Below are positions 61,990 to 64,000 of a DNA stretch of 64,000 bases, one piece after another. Position numbers and translations under genes: made by a program. Origin of the DNA: Chiloscyllium plagiosum (Eukaryota); assembly GCF_004010195.1 (NCBI RefSeq), contig NC_057711.1, positions 79,764,361 through 79,828,360 on the forward strand, given 5' to 3'. The notes beneath the pieces were generated by a model. It was not told the origin of the DNA, searched no databases, and worked only from the letters and a program-made list of their open reading frames with translations. How positions within the stretch are numbered: the first letter of the stretch is position 1; the number at the start of each line of letters is the position of its first letter.

Positions 61990-64000
61990 GGGATGTGTGT
62001 GATAGTGACCACAATTTGGTTATGTTTACTTTAGTGATGGAAATGGATAGGTATATACTGCAGGGCAAGAATTACAGCTGGGAGAAAGGCAATTTTGATG
62101 TGATTAGATAAGATTCAGGATGCATAGGATGGAGAAGGAAACTGCAGGAGATGGGCACAGTTGAAATGTGGAGTTTACTCAAGGAACAGCTACTGCAGTT
62201 CCTTGATAAGTATGTACCTGTCAGGTAGGGAGGAAGATGTTGAGTGCGGGAGCCATAGTTTACTAAGGAAGTTGAATCACTTGTCAAGAGGAAGAAGGTG
62301 GCTTATGTTAGGATGAGGTGTGAAGGCTCAATTAGGGTGGTTGAGAGTTACAGGTTAGCCAAGAAGGACCAAAAGAAAAAGTTAAGAATCCAGGAGGGAA
62401 CATGAGAAGTTGTTGGCGGATAGGATCAAGGAAAACGCTAAGGTTTCTATAGGTATATCAGGAATAAAAGAATGACTGGAGTAAGATTAGGGCCAGTCAA
62501 GGATAATAGTGGGAAATTGTGCATGGAGTTGGAGAAATAGGGGAAGCACTAAATGAATATTTTTCATCAGTATTCACACTAGAAAAAGGTAATGTTGTTG
62601 AAGAGAATACTAAGATACAGGCTACTAGATTAGATGGGACTGAGATTCACAAGATGAGGTGTTAGCAATTCTGGAAGGTGTAAAATGAGAAGTTGTTGGC
62701 GGATAGGATCAAGGAAAACGCTAAGGTTTCTATAGGTATATCAGGAATAAAAGAATGACTGGAGTAAGATTAGGGCCAGTCAAGGATAATAGTGGGAAAT
62801 TGTGCATGGAGTCGGAGAAATAGGGGAAGCACTAAATGAATATTTTTCATCAGAATTCACACTAGAAAAAGGTAATGTTGTTGAAGAGAATACTAAGATA
62901 CAGGCTACTAGATTAGATGGGACTGAGATTCACAAGGTGAGGTGTTAGCAATTCTGGAAGGTGTAAAAGTAGGTAAGTCCTCTGGACTGGATGAGATTTA
63001 TCCTAGGATTCTCTGGGAAGCCAGGGAGGAGATTGCCGAGCCTTTGGCTTTGACCTTTATGTTATCATTGTCTACAGGAATAGTGCCAGAAGACTGGACT
63101 TGTTCAAAAAGGGGAATAGAGGCAACCCTGGTAATTATAGACCAGTGACCCTTACTTTGGTTGTGAGTAAAGTGTTTGAAAGGGTTATAGGAGATTGGAT
63201 TTTTAATTATCTAGAAAGAAAGAAGTTGATTAGGGATAGTCGACACAGTTTTGTGAAGGGGAGGTCATGTCTCATAAACCTTATTGAATTCTTTGAGAAG
63301 GTGACCAAACAGGTGGATGAGGGTAAAGCGGTTGATGTGGTGTGTATGGATTTCAGCAAGGTGTTTGATAAGGTTCATTACGGTTGGGTATTGCACAAAA
63401 TACAGAGGCGTGGGATTGAGGGTGATTTAGTGGTTTGGATCAGAAATTGGCTAGCTGAAAGAAGACAGAGGGTGGTGGTTGATGGGAAATTTTCATCCTG
63501 GAGTTCAATTACTAGTGGTGTACCACAAGGATCTATTTTGGGGCCACTGTTGTTTGTCATTGTTGTAAATGACGTGGATGAGGGCATAGAAGGATGGGTT
63601 AGTAAATTTGCGGATGACACTAAAGTCAGTAGAGTTTTGGATAGTGAGGAAAGATGTTGTAGGTTACAGAGGGACATAGATAAGCTGCAGAGCTGGGCTG
63701 AGAGGTGGAAAATGGACTTTAATGTGGAAAAGTGTGAGATGATTCACTTTGGAAGGAGCAACAGGAATGAAGAGTACTGGGCTAATAGTAAGATTCTTGG
63801 TAGTGTAGATGAGCAGAGAGATCTCAGTGTCCATGTATATAGATCCCTGAAAGTTGCCATCCAGGATGATAGGGTTGTTAAGAAGGCACACGGCGTGTTA
63901 GTTTTTATTGATTGAGGGATTGAGTTTCAGAACCATGAGGTCATGCTGCAGCTGTATAAAACTCTGGTGCGACTGCACTTGCAGTATTGCATACAGTTCT
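61990..64000 (+). mobile_element. CR1 LINE ORF2 portion, same subfamily as 1-2945, running off the window end
   Basis: ORF 63100-63915: NYRPV, DFSKVFDKV, GVPQGSILGP, KFADDTK. Confidence 0.94.
62402..62967 (+). repeat. 283-bp tandem duplication inside the CR1
   Basis: 62402-62684 and 62685-62967 differ at 3 positions that I can see. Confidence 0.9.

Overview
Eukaryotic, repeat-dense DNA, almost certainly from a shark or other cartilaginous fish (inferred from HE1-type V-SINEs and HER1/CR1-type LINEs); it looks intronic or intergenic, with three N gaps. I recognise no intact host protein-coding gene. The window is dominated by decayed CR1-clade LINEs (two retain the SGNH-esterase ORF1), Penelope-like elements (RT + GIY-YIG) and short derivatives of their pseudo-LTRs, Rex1/Babar and L2 fragments, tRNA-derived SINEs, two 5S rRNA-derived relics and fossil Harbinger genes (DDE transposase plus several Myb/SANT exons). 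The most interesting signals are: (1) about 11 minimal hammerhead-ribozyme motifs (CUGAnGA-A-stem II-GAAACGUH) in the Penelope pseudo-LTRs, with covarying stems between subfamilies; (2) short TSD-flanked fold-back insertions that invert at the ribozyme, plus an inverted pair that copies 24 bp of non-element flank; (3) a co-oriented 5S/5S/tRNA-like cluster at 10.5-12.1 kb; (4) a reconstructable two-gene Harbinger fossil at about 49-54.3 kb. All assignments are by eye; boundaries of old elements are approximate.
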